NCBI GenBank assembly: GCA_022790855.1
Contig: JAAVYA010000002.1
Coordinates: 49,054 to 113,053 of the forward strand
Reading direction: 5' to 3'
Source: Lachnospiraceae bacterium
GTDB lineage: Bacteria > Bacillota > Clostridia > Lachnospirales > Lachnospiraceae
DNA: 64,000 nucleotides
In this document: positions 1-9,290 of the stretch, in pieces
How positions within the stretch are numbered: the first letter of the stretch is position 1
Layout of the letters: each line of letters starts with the position of its first letter
Program-made: the position numbers and the translations under genes
The notes under the pieces: generated by a model
What the model saw: the letters and a program-made list of their open reading frames with translations, nothing else
What the model was told of the DNA's origin: nothing
The model's database searches: none

Positions 1-1290
1 GTTGCTCCCAAGATTGCTTATGCAGAAATGTTTGAGCCTTGGGGATGGGCGGTTGCCACAGGTAACTATGTAGATGATATGAATGAGAAGATTAACGGTA
101 TGAAGGAAAATATTCAGAAGGAATTTTCCCAAATGCTTTTGATCTACGGGGTGGCAGCAGTTGTTATGCTGATTGCCGCATTGTTAATCTCCGCTTGGGG
201 AGGCATTAGAATTACCAAAGGCATTAAGCTGGTGGAAGCGAATCTCCGCCAGGCAGCCGCAGGGGATTTGAGCTTTTCTGTGAATCCGGCGCTTTTAAGG
301 CGGGCGGATGAAATTGGAGAGATGGCGCGGTCTTTGGAAAATGTACGGCAGTCCCTGGCCTCCATGCTGGGCAGCGTGATGCATACCGGAGAGACCTTGA
401 ACCAGAGCAGCGAGAAGTTCAGTGAGAAATTTAATTACATTACTGAGAGTATTATGAATACCAATAAAGCCATTGAAGACCTGGCTTTAGGGGCAACCAA
501 TCAGGCCAACGAGACAGAGACGGTAAATGATAAGATCACGGAGCTGGGCAGTGTGGTTGAAGTGGAAAAGAATGATGTACATAAGCTGGAGGAGACGGTA
601 TCTGCCATGACAAAGCATACGGCAGGTGCATCCGAAAGCATTCAGGAACTGGAACGCATTACGAAAGTAACGATTGATACCATTGATATGGTTTCCGAAC
701 AGACAAATAAGAACAACGATGCTGCTGCCAACATTAATAAGGCCGTGGAAATTATCAAGGGCCTGGCAGCACAGACGAATTTGCTTTCCCTGAATGCCAG
801 TATAGAGGCAGCCAGAGTTGGGGAGGCCGGAAAAGGCTTTGCCGTAGTTGCGGAAGAGATCAGAAATCTTTCCGAGGAATCTTCCGGCAATGCGAAAGAG
901 ATTGAAGGAATCGTAAAAGAGCTGACAGATAATGTGGCGATTTCTGTCAGCAAGATGCAGGAAGTAACCGATAATGTGCAGAAGCAGCAGAAATGTCTGG
1001 ATGAGACAAGGGAATCTTTTGAATATTTGATTCGGGAGGTCTCTCTTGTGGAAGAGGCTACGAAGGAAATCGGCGGTCAGACAGAGATTCTGAATTCCCT
1101 GAAGCAGATTGTTACCGATTCTGTCAATAATCTGGCCAGCGTAGTGGAAGAAAATGCGGCTTCTACAGAAGAAACCAGCGCCAGCATGACACTGCTTTCC
1201 CAGACGATTGAGGAATGTACGGAAGATACCAAGGGACTGGTGGAATTGAGCCATCGCCAGAATGAGCAGGCTAGTAAGTTCCAATTATAA
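1..1290 (+). CDS. methyl-accepting chemotaxis protein (5' end outside window)
   Basis: The frame is open from base 1 ([16 protein letters not shown]...), so the start lies upstream of the window. It has a TM segment [21 protein letters not shown] and a HAMP-like linker. It carries the MCP signalling motif [34 protein letters not shown]. Confidence 0.9.
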   Translation, partial: VAPKIAYAEMFEPWGWAVATGNYVDDMNEKINGMKENIQKEFSQMLLIYGVAAVVMLIAALLISAWGGIRITKGIKLVEANLRQAAAGDLSFSVNPALLRRADEIGEMARSLENVRQSLASMLGSVMHTGETLNQSSEKFSEKFNYITESIMNTNKAIEDLALGATNQANETETVNDKITELGSVVEVEKNDVHKLEETVSAMTKHTAGASESIQELERITKVTIDTIDMVSEQTNKNNDAAANINKAVEIIKGLAAQTNLLSLNASIEAARVGEAGKGFAVVAEEIRNLSEESSGNAKEIEGIVKELTDNVAISVSKMQEVTDNVQKQQKCLDETRESFEYLIREVSLVEEATKEIGGQTEILNSLKQIVTDSVNNLASVVEENAASTEETSASMTLLSQTIEECTEDTKGLVELSHRQNEQASKFQL

Positions 1291-1309
1291 ACAGAAGAGA
1301 AATAAAAAG

Positions 1310-1338
1310 GAATCCGGCAAAAGCTGGATTCTTTTTTT
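1310..1338 (+). terminator. rho-independent terminator after the MCP gene
   Basis: Hairpin gaatccggc-aaaa-gctggattc followed by a T7 run, about 20 nt after the stop codon. Confidence 0.7.
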
Positions 1339-1550
1339 GTAGGATATCAGGCTATTTTTTTAGAAAATGCCCAGTTCCTACTCCGAAAAAAATAAAATAG
1401 CCTGTCAATAGTGTCAATGAAACAGGAAAAATTCTCCTAATTTTTTATTTGCAAGATACGGTATACTCCATGTATAATAAAAAAAAGAACTGTAGAAACA
1501 ACTGCTTTTGACAGCGAGCGGTATCATACGAAGAAAAGAGGAATAAGAAT

Positions 1551-2957
1551 ATGGGAGGCTTTTTTGGCGTAGCTTCACAGCAGGATTGCGTATTTGACTT
1601 GTTTTTTGGGATTGATTACCATTCCCATCTTGGTACAAGGCGCGGAGGAATGGCTGTGTATGGAGAAGCAGGCTTTAACCGGGCGATTCACAATATTGAA
1701 AATGCCCCGTTCCGAACCAAGTTTGATAAGGATGTCAATGAGATGAAAGGATGGTTTGGGATTGGCTGTATTTCTGATTATGAGCCTCAGCCTTTGATTG
1801 TACGGTCCCATCACGGCACTTATGCAATTACCACAGTGGGCAGAATCAATAACAGCCGTGAACTGGTGCAGCAGTTGTTTGACAGAGGTCATTCCCATTT
1901 TATGGAACAAAGTGGAGGGGAAATCAACGCTACGGAGCTGGTGGCTTCTCTTATTAATCAGAAAGAACATTTGGTGGAAGGGATTCAATATGCCCTGGAA
2001 GCGGTGGACGGCTCCCTATCGTTGCTTTTGATGAACAGCGCCGGGCTATATGCCGCCAGGGATAAGTATGGCAGGACTCCTGTTGTAGTGGGAAAGAAGG
2101 AGGACGCATTTTGCGTATCCTTTGAAGATTTTGCGTATCGCAACCTGGGGTATTCGGATTATAAGGAATTGGGGCCGGGGGAGGTAGTGGTGGTAACGGA
2201 TAAAAACTGCATTACCATGGCAAAACCCAAGGGCGAAATGAAAATATGTACCTTTTTATGGGTATATTATGGATATCCGGCAAGCTCCTATGAAGGGATG
2301 AATGTGGAGCAGATGCGGTATCGGTGCGGGATGAAAATGGCTCGGCGGGATGATGTTGCGCCGGATATTGTGGCAGGTGTTCCGGATTCCGGTGTTCCCC
2401 ATGCCATTGGGTATGCCAATGAATCGGGAGTGCCATTTTCCAGGCCCTTTATCAAATATACGCCCACATGGCCCCGTTCTTTTATGCCGACCATTCAAAG
2501 CAAACGGGATTTGATTGCCAGAATGAAGCTTTTGGCAGTGGAGGATTTAATCAAGGGTAAGAGCATGATCCTGGTGGATGATTCCATTGTCCGAGGAACA
2601 CAGCTTCGGGAAACGGCAGAATTTCTTTACCAGAGCGGCGCGAAGGAGGTACATGTTCGTCCGGCCTGTCCGCCGATTTTGTATGGATGTAAATATTTAA
2701 ATTTTTCACGTTCTACTTCCGATATGGATTTGATTACCCGCCGGGTAATTGCCAGACTGGAGCATGGCAATGTGACAGAAGAGGCGTTAAAGGAATATGC
2801 CGACCCGGAATCTGAGAAGTATGGAAAGATGGTGGAAGAGATACGGAAAGAGCAGAAATTTACTACACTCAGATTTAATCGTTTGGATGATATGTTAGAG
2901 GCAACGGGACTGGATAAATGTAAGCTTTGCACGTATTGTTGGAACGGGGAGGAATAG
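1551..2957 (+). CDS. amidophosphoribosyltransferase-like protein (PurF paralogue, no Cys1 nucleophile)
   Basis: The Ntn-amidotransferase-like N-terminal half is followed by a type I PRTase motif (SMILVDDSIVRGTQ). The RBS aagagga lies upstream. The N-terminus is MGGFFGV instead of MCG. Confidence 0.8.
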   Translation: MGGFFGVASQQDCVFDLFFGIDYHSHLGTRRGGMAVYGEAGFNRAIHNIENAPFRTKFDKDVNEMKGWFGIGCISDYEPQPLIVRSHHGTYAITTVGRINNSRELVQQLFDRGHSHFMEQSGGEINATELVASLINQKEHLVEGIQYALEAVDGSLSLLLMNSAGLYAARDKYGRTPVVVGKKEDAFCVSFEDFAYRNLGYSDYKELGPGEVVVVTDKNCITMAKPKGEMKICTFLWVYYGYPASSYEGMNVEQMRYRCGMKMARRDDVAPDIVAGVPDSGVPHAIGYANESGVPFSRPFIKYTPTWPRSFMPTIQSKRDLIARMKLLAVEDLIKGKSMILVDDSIVRGTQLRETAEFLYQSGAKEVHVRPACPPILYGCKYLNFSRSTSDMDLITRRVIARLEHGNVTEEALKEYADPESEKYGKMVEEIRKEQKFTTLRFNRLDDMLEATGLDKCKLCTYCWNGEE

Positions 2958-3709
2958 GAGAAGGTTTCAGGAAATTGGAAAAAGGAAGTAAAACATTGGA
3001 TAAACGTACATTTATTGAGACACTGCATTTGGTACAGGAAGTTTCCAAAACGGCAGAACAGCCCTTGGATAAGGATACGGTGATGGGATATTTTCAAGAT
3101 ATGGAACTATCCCAACAACAGCAGGAGATGATTTATCAATTTTTGCTGCATCCTCAGCAGGAAGAAGATGGAATAGCAGAGACAAATTGGAATCGTGAAG
3201 AAAAAAGCCAGGAAGAGCAAAGTGAGGAAACGCGCCGGGAGAGAGAATTGTATTGCAAACTGCTGGAGGGGGATGTCTCTGTGATCGAGGAGATATCCCG
3301 TGTGTGGCTGAAGCGGGTGATTGCTGTTGCAGAAGAATATAAGGAAAGAGGCGTCTTGCAGGATGACCTGATTCAGGAAGGTAATCTGGGGCTTCTGATG
3401 GGGCTGCATGAGTTGTCCCGCCAGAGAGGAAGGAATCTTCCCAAGGATCAGGAACCGTACAGTGCTGTCCGCAGCAATCTGCTGGAAAAGATTAAGGGTG
3501 CAATGGAGCATTATCTCGGAGAGGAAGCCGGGGAAGCAATGCAGAATAAGACTATTTTGGCGAAAGTTTCCTTGGTGCATGAGGCCAGAAAGCTGTTGAC
3601 AGAGGAAGAAGGAAAAAGCCCTACGGAACAGGAGATTGCGGAATATACAAAAATCCAAACAGAAGAAATTAGGGATATTTTGTCCTTGATCAAAGAAAAA
3701 CAGGAGTGA
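2927..3709 (+). CDS. sigma-70-like protein with region 2.1/2.2 and a region-3-like segment only
   Basis: DLIQEGNLGLLMGL matches the sigma-70 region 2.2 signature, and TEQEIAEYTKIQTEEIRDIL resembles region 3.0. The start is uncertain, because the listed start overlaps the previous gene; a TTG near 2995 with RBS aaggaag is an alternative. Confidence 0.5.
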   Translation: MHVLLERGGIGEGFRKLEKGSKTLDKRTFIETLHLVQEVSKTAEQPLDKDTVMGYFQDMELSQQQQEMIYQFLLHPQQEEDGIAETNWNREEKSQEEQSEETRRERELYCKLLEGDVSVIEEISRVWLKRVIAVAEEYKERGVLQDDLIQEGNLGLLMGLHELSRQRGRNLPKDQEPYSAVRSNLLEKIKGAMEHYLGEEAGEAMQNKTILAKVSLVHEARKLLTEEEGKSPTEQEIAEYTKIQTEEIRDILSLIKEKQE

Positions 3710-3713
3710 GCGT

Positions 3714-5105
3714 ATGCTTCCGGAAAACTTTTTGGAACGAATCAGGGAGATGCTGGGGGAAGAATATCCTTTGTTCTTGCAGAGCTACGAAGAGGAACCG
3801 TGCCACGCTCTGAGAATCAATACGTTGAAATGCAATAGAGAGTATTTTTTGAAGAAGGCTCCGTTTCAACTTACTGAGGTGCCCTGGAGCAAGGCGGGAT
3901 ATTACTATAATAAGGATGACAGGCCGGGCCGTCATCCTTATCATGATGCGGGCGTGTATTATATCCAGGAAGCCAGCGCCATGGCGCCGGTGGAATACCT
4001 GGATCCCCAGCCAGGAGAGCGGATTTTGGATTTGTGCGCAGCTCCCGGCGGAAAAAGTACTCAGATCGCGGCAAAAATGAAACAACAGGGGTTGCTGGTC
4101 TGTAATGAGATTCATTCGGCCAGGGCCAAAATCCTCTCTGAAAATATGGAGCGCATGGGCGTGTGCAACAGTATTGTTACCAATGAGACGCCTCAGAGGC
4201 TGGCGCAGATGTGGGACGGGTATTTTGACCGTATACTGGTGGATGCACCGTGTTCCGGGGAAGGAATGTTTCGGAAGAATCCCAAGGCGTGGGAAGAGTG
4301 GAGTACACAACAGGTACAGGTGTGCGCCCTGCGGCAGGAAGAGGTTCTTTCTTGCGGAGCAAAGATGGTAAAGCCCGGCGGCCGCATGGTATACTCTACC
4401 TGTACCTTTGCGCCGGAAGAAGATGAAGGGGCTGTTTGGAATTTTTTGAAAGAACATCCAGATTTTTCCCTGGTATGTGCAAAACGGTATTCGGGAATGG
4501 AACCGGGGAATCCTGCATGGGCCGGACCATACAGTGATCAGGATGAAGAGAAGGCAGATGAACTTTCGGGAACCATACGCCTGTGGCCTCACAAAATAAA
4601 AGGAGAAGGCCATTTTTTGGCTATCATGCAAAAAAGGGGCGAACTAGAGCCAGCGGAGCAAAGGGGCGGAGCGCTGCTAAAAGGAATACCGGAGAAGAAC
4701 TGCCGGGAATATCTGGCGTTTCGCAAGGAGCATTTGAAAGATATGGATATCCCGGGTATTTATGTGATGTTTGGGGAACAGTTGTATTTGGCTCCAGAAG
4801 AGACCATGTCTTTGGATGGGCTTAAGGTACTGCGTCCGGGTCTTCATTTGGGTACAGTGAAAAAGAACCGCTTTGAACCCTCCCATGCGCTGGCATTGGC
4901 AATGCAAACCCGCCAGGCGGTCCATGTATTGGATTTGCCTTGGGATTCTCCAGAAATTCTGGATTATTTAAAGGGTCTTGCCCTGAATGTCCAGGGGGAG
5001 AAGGGGTGGTATCTCATAGCGGTAGATAGTTTTGGCATTGGATGGGGCAAGCTCAGCAAAACTACTATGAAGAATCACTATCCCAAGGGGCTGCGGCGTA
5101 TGTGA
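3714..5105 (+). CDS. RsmB/RsmF (NOL1/NOP2/Sun) family rRNA m5C methyltransferase
   Basis: SAM-binding motif ILDLCAAPGGKSTQ and catalytic motifs ILVDAPCSGEGMFRK and YSTCT. The C-terminal PUA-like extension is typical of RsmF/YebU. Confidence 0.85.
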   Translation: MLPENFLERIREMLGEEYPLFLQSYEEEPCHALRINTLKCNREYFLKKAPFQLTEVPWSKAGYYYNKDDRPGRHPYHDAGVYYIQEASAMAPVEYLDPQPGERILDLCAAPGGKSTQIAAKMKQQGLLVCNEIHSARAKILSENMERMGVCNSIVTNETPQRLAQMWDGYFDRILVDAPCSGEGMFRKNPKAWEEWSTQQVQVCALRQEEVLSCGAKMVKPGGRMVYSTCTFAPEEDEGAVWNFLKEHPDFSLVCAKRYSGMEPGNPAWAGPYSDQDEEKADELSGTIRLWPHKIKGEGHFLAIMQKRGELEPAEQRGGALLKGIPEKNCREYLAFRKEHLKDMDIPGIYVMFGEQLYLAPEETMSLDGLKVLRPGLHLGTVKKNRFEPSHALALAMQTRQAVHVLDLPWDSPEILDYLKGLALNVQGEKGWYLIAVDSFGIGWGKLSKTTMKNHYPKGLRRM

Positions 5106-5171
5106 AACAATCCCTAGCAGGGAGGATTGGCCTGATCATGGGTATAAATCTGATTTCCGGGAATAAAATAA

Positions 5172-6155
5172 ATGGAAAGGGGAATGCCTATGACCATATT
5201 CCATTTATTTTCACTTCTGGGGGGATTGGGGCTGTTTTTGTACGGCATGTGGATCATGCGGGAGCATTTGCAGGCAGCAGCCGGGATTCGGATGCAGCAT
5301 ATATTAGGAAGGATGACGGCTACACGGCTGCGGGGATTTCTGGCGGGGATTGGGATTACGGCTGTTTTGCAGTCCTCTTCTGCAGTGATGGTGCTTTTGG
5401 TGGGACTGACGGATGCTGGAATCTTATCTTTACAGCAAGTGATCGGTGTGATTCTGGGGGCGAATATCGGCACAACCATTACCTGTCAGCTGATTGCTTT
5501 GGATGCAGAAGGCTTTGCCCCGCTTTTGGCCTTTGCAGGAATTATGCTGCTGCTGTTTGCCCCTAAGGAGCAGTGGAAACGCCGGGGCGGAATCTTGGCG
5601 GGAATAGGCGTGATGTTTATCGGGCTTACCATGATGGGAGATGCAGTTCGGCCACTGGAGCAGGAGAAATGGTGTCTGGAGATTCTCGCCGCCTGCAAAC
5701 ACCCGGCGGCCGGGATTTTCGCAGGGACGTTGGTTACAGCGGCGCTCCAGTCCTCTTCGGCTTCCATTGCTATTCTTCAAACCCTTGCAAAACAGGGATT
5801 GACAAATATTCACCAGAGTATCTATATTGTATTTGGACAGAATATGGGCACCTGCGTCACCGGATTGTTGGCTGCGGCGGGAGCAGGCGTACATGCCAGG
5901 CAGACAGCGGTGGTGCATTTGATGGTGAATGTGATAGGAGCCGTTTTATTTTTAATCCTTGCATGGCTGCTTCCGGTGTGCAATTGGGTGGAAGCTTTGG
6001 CGCCAGGAGACGGGGCCAGACAGATTGCAGATATACATACTATATTTAATATTGTGACTTCTCTTGCATTACTGCCCGCTGCTGGATGCTTGGCAGAGCT
6101 GTCGCAAAAGCTGGTGCCGGAGAGAAGAAATACAACCGGCAGAAAGCAATTTTAA
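5172..6155 (+). CDS. Na/Pi cotransporter family membrane protein (short form)
   Basis: Polytopic membrane protein with the duplicated Na/Pi-cotransporter signature (LQSSSAVMVLLVGL and LQSSSASIAILQTL). Confidence 0.8.
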   Translation: MERGMPMTIFHLFSLLGGLGLFLYGMWIMREHLQAAAGIRMQHILGRMTATRLRGFLAGIGITAVLQSSSAVMVLLVGLTDAGILSLQQVIGVILGANIGTTITCQLIALDAEGFAPLLAFAGIMLLLFAPKEQWKRRGGILAGIGVMFIGLTMMGDAVRPLEQEKWCLEILAACKHPAAGIFAGTLVTAALQSSSASIAILQTLAKQGLTNIHQSIYIVFGQNMGTCVTGLLAAAGAGVHARQTAVVHLMVNVIGAVLFLILAWLLPVCNWVEALAPGDGARQIADIHTIFNIVTSLALLPAAGCLAELSQKLVPERRNTTGRKQF

Positions 6156-6188
6156 GACACGCTCTAGAATAGAGAAAGGACGATTTTT

Positions 6189-7019
6189 ATGGATTGGGTT
6201 GAATTTTGGAAAGCGGTCATTCTTGGTATTGTGGAAGGCATTACCGAGTGGCTTCCGGTGAGCAGTACTGGACATATGATTTTAGTGGACGAATTCTTGA
6301 AATTGAATGTTTCCGATGAATTTCGGGAGATGTTTTTTGTGGTGATCCAGCTTGGGGCCATACTGGCAGTTGTTCTTTTGTACTTTTGGAAGCTGATTCC
6401 TTTTTCCAGAGAACAGGGCAGGCTTACGGTGAAAAAAGAAACCATATCCATGTGGTTTAAAATTGTGGTATCTTGTATTCCTGCGGCAGTGGTGGGGATT
6501 TTGTTTGACGATGTGATCGATGCGATATTTTATAATTGGCGGACGGTGGCTTTGATGCTCATTGTGTTCGGCGTGTTGTTCCTTGTAATCGAGAGGAAGA
6601 ACCGCAATCGAAAGCCGGTGATGGATTCTCTGGAATCACTGACCTATCAGGCGGCTGTGTGGATCGGTGTATTCCAGCTGATAGCGGCTGTATTTCCCGG
6701 GACGTCCCGTTCAGGAGCCACGATTCTGGGGGCGCTGCTGATCGGCGTGTCCCGGACGGTGGCGGCGGAATATACGTTTTTTCTGGCAATACCGGTGATG
6801 TTTGGCGCCAGCGCATTGAAATTGTTGAAATTTGGATTGCATTTTACTTCCCAGGAGGCAGTGATTTTGGCAGCGGGCCTGATTTCTGCTTTTCTCGTGT
6901 CGGTTTTGGCTATCAAATTTTTAATGGGTTATATTAAAAAGCATGATTTTACGGCCTTCGGCTGGTACCGCATCCTACTGGGAGGAGCGGTAATCCTATA
7001 CTTTGGGGCTGTATTATAA
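6189..7019 (+). CDS. uppP: undecaprenyl-diphosphate phosphatase
   Basis: BacA/UppP signatures: VEGITEWLPVSSTGHMIL at the N-terminus and PGTSRSGATI. Confidence 0.9.
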   Translation: MDWVEFWKAVILGIVEGITEWLPVSSTGHMILVDEFLKLNVSDEFREMFFVVIQLGAILAVVLLYFWKLIPFSREQGRLTVKKETISMWFKIVVSCIPAAVVGILFDDVIDAIFYNWRTVALMLIVFGVLFLVIERKNRNRKPVMDSLESLTYQAAVWIGVFQLIAAVFPGTSRSGATILGALLIGVSRTVAAEYTFFLAIPVMFGASALKLLKFGLHFTSQEAVILAAGLISAFLVSVLAIKFLMGYIKKHDFTAFGWYRILLGGAVILYFGAVL

Positions 7020-7058
7020 GGAATAGCGGAGTACTTACAGGAAGAGATTGGAGAATGA

Positions 7059-8654
7059 ATGGAAAAGCATGATATATTAAAGAACAAATATTACCTGTAT
7101 CTGACGGAATTTTTCGCGGGAATGTCCGTGATGGCTGTGGAGCTGGGAGCCAGCAGGCTTCTGGCCCCTTATTTCAGCTCTTCTCAGATTGTTTGGACGA
7201 TCATCATCGGTACGATCATGATTGCCATGGCCTTGGGAAATATCTGGGGCGGAAGGCGGGCGGATAAGAATCCTAATCCGGACAAGCTGTACGGGCGGCT
7301 GTTGATTGCGGCTGTCTGGATAGCTGCGATTCCTTTGGTGGGAAAATATGTGATCCTGGGGATTTCCGGTATCCTGGTGCTTACGGTGAGCAGCCATTTT
7401 CTTGTGATCGCGGCCTTTCTGGCATGTATGGCCGTATTTGTATATCCCCTGTTTTTGCTGGGGACGGTGACGCCTTCTCTGGTGAAATATACGGTGGACA
7501 GCCTCTCGGACAGTGGAAAGACGGTAGGAACCCTGGGGGCTTTCAATACGATCGGAAGTATTATCGGAACCTTTCTGCCCACGTTTGTAACGATTCCGGC
7601 GGTGGGGACTGCCGTAACATTTTTGATTTTTTCTGGAGTGCTGCTGCTGTTGTCCCTTATTTATTTTATCAGCAAAAGAAAGAAGGCCGCATCCTGTATC
7701 CTGGCGTCTTTGCTATTTTTACTGTGCAGTATCTTCGGCCATTCCGGCAGCTTTGCGTTTTGGGAAAAGAATCTTGTCTATGAAGGGGAGTCTATTTACA
7801 ATTATCTACAGGTGAAGGATACCGGCAACAGCGTGATTCTTTCTACCAACGTACTGTTCGGCGTCCAATCTGTTATGATGAAGGAAGATGAGCTGACCGG
7901 GATGTATTATGATTATGCCCTGCTTGCTCCGGCTCTGGCGGATGCGAAGGAGGGGAGCGAGATTCTGGTGCTGGGGATGGGAACCGGGACATTTGCAAAG
8001 CAATGTATGAAGTATTTTCCGGGAGCTCAGGCAGAAGGGGTGGAGATTGACGAGAAGATCACCCGTCTGGCCAGGAAATATTTTGCATTGCCGGATTCGG
8101 TGGAGGTGGCTACTTACGATGGCCGGGCATATCTGGCTGCCGTGGACAAAAGGTATGATGTGATTATGGTGGACGCATATCAAGATATTACCATTCCGTT
8201 TCAGATGTCGTCGCTGGAATTTTTTACTATGGTGAAGGAGCATCTCAAGGAGAATGGGGTCATGGTGGTGAATATGAATATGCATTCTCAGGAAAAAGGA
8301 AATATCAACGATCATTTGTCGGATACCATCGCGTCCGTATTCCCCTTCGTCTCTACGGTGGATGTATTCGGCTCCACCAACCGGGAGCTGTTTGCTCAGA
8401 ATCAGGAGATAGATTATGGAAAGCTCAAAGATACGCTGGCTGCTTTGGAATCCCGAGAGCTTGCGGATATGCTGGAGGATATTTCAGGGAAACTGACTCC
8501 TTATGAAAAGGGAGAATATCTTTTGACAGACGACAAGGCGCCTGTGGAGCTGCTGGGAATGCAGGTGATCGACAGCTTGATCAAAGACGAGATCGGGTAT
8601 TATAAAGATATTTTCCGGGAAGAGGGCATAGAAGGATTGCTGAATGCACAGTGA
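7059..8654 (+). CDS. fused polytopic membrane / spermidine synthase-like protein
   Basis: An N-terminal multi-TM region is followed by a class I methyltransferase-fold spermidine-synthase-like domain (ILVLGMGTGT ... DVIMVDAY). Confidence 0.8.
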   Translation: MEKHDILKNKYYLYLTEFFAGMSVMAVELGASRLLAPYFSSSQIVWTIIIGTIMIAMALGNIWGGRRADKNPNPDKLYGRLLIAAVWIAAIPLVGKYVILGISGILVLTVSSHFLVIAAFLACMAVFVYPLFLLGTVTPSLVKYTVDSLSDSGKTVGTLGAFNTIGSIIGTFLPTFVTIPAVGTAVTFLIFSGVLLLLSLIYFISKRKKAASCILASLLFLLCSIFGHSGSFAFWEKNLVYEGESIYNYLQVKDTGNSVILSTNVLFGVQSVMMKEDELTGMYYDYALLAPALADAKEGSEILVLGMGTGTFAKQCMKYFPGAQAEGVEIDEKITRLARKYFALPDSVEVATYDGRAYLAAVDKRYDVIMVDAYQDITIPFQMSSLEFFTMVKEHLKENGVMVVNMNMHSQEKGNINDHLSDTIASVFPFVSTVDVFGSTNRELFAQNQEIDYGKLKDTLAALESRELADMLEDISGKLTPYEKGEYLLTDDKAPVELLGMQVIDSLIKDEIGYYKDIFREEGIEGLLNAQ

Positions 8655-8665
8655 GAGGAGAAGGT

Positions 8666-9073
8666 ATGGAAATATTGGTGATTGACAGCCAGGGCGGCGG
8701 TATGGGCAGGCAGTTGGTAGCTGCGATCAAAGGAAATTTTCCGGATTTTACGGTGACGGCAGTGGGCACTAATGCTGCTGCCACAACGGCAATGCTTCGG
8801 GCAGGGGCGGATCGGGGCGCTACCGGAGAGAATCCGGTGGTGGTATGCTGCCGGGATGCAGATATGATCGTAGGGCCTGTGGGGATTGTGATAGCAGACG
8901 CCATGATGGGGGAGATTACCCCGGTGATGGCGGCTGCTATTGGGCAAAGTAAGGCAAAACGCCTCTTGATTCCGGTGAATCATTGTGATAATATAGTAAT
9001 AGGCGTATCAGAACTGTCCATGAGCAGACTGGTGGAACAGACGGTGGAACAGATTCGGGCGTTGGTTGGATGA
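8666..9073 (+). CDS. DUF3842 family protein
   Basis: MEILVIDSQGGGMGRQLV is the N-terminus typical of DUF3842. The ATG at 8666 is preceded by ggagaagg; the listed GTG at 8651 is probably an over-extension. Confidence 0.7.
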   Translation: MEILVIDSQGGGMGRQLVAAIKGNFPDFTVTAVGTNAAATTAMLRAGADRGATGENPVVVCCRDADMIVGPVGIVIADAMMGEITPVMAAAIGQSKAKRLLIPVNHCDNIVIGVSELSMSRLVEQTVEQIRALVG

Positions 9074-9233
9074 GGGCACCAGGTATTCTGCAGAATACCC
9101 ATAGCAAAAAGGAAGAGAGAGATTCCGGCAGAAGCCGGAGAGATTATGCAGAAGCATAAAGAAGCCGTATGCTCAGATTACAACGTAAAAGACATTTTTT
9201 ACAGTATCAATAATATAAGGTAACGTATGCCAG

Positions 9234-9276
9234 GAAGGCGGGATGTCCCCCAAGGGGACGCCCCGCTTCTTTTTTT
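9234..9276 (+). terminator. strong GC-rich hairpin + T7 immediately upstream of the ABC operon start
   Basis: gaaggcgggatgtcccc-caa-ggggacgccccgcttc followed by ttttttt. The RBS and ATG of the binding-protein gene follow within about 15 nt. Confidence 0.6.
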
Positions 9277-9290
9277 GGAGGAAAAGAAAG

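Noticed and set aside
487-1284. Long minus-strand ORFs opposite confident + strand genes (for example 487-1284, 3690-4631, 9774-10910, 21589-22374, 39138-39965, 62623-63399).
   Set aside because: Each lies entirely antisense to a gene with strong family motifs. Their translations are low-complexity or Cys/His/Arg-rich with no recognisable motifs and no RBS context. They are shadow ORFs.
9250-9262. A third copy of the palindromic repeat family, suggested by aaggggacgcc in the 9.25-kb hairpin.
   Set aside because: Only about 10 nt are shared. Neither the arms nor the ctgtgcatctcg flank are present. The match is coincidental.
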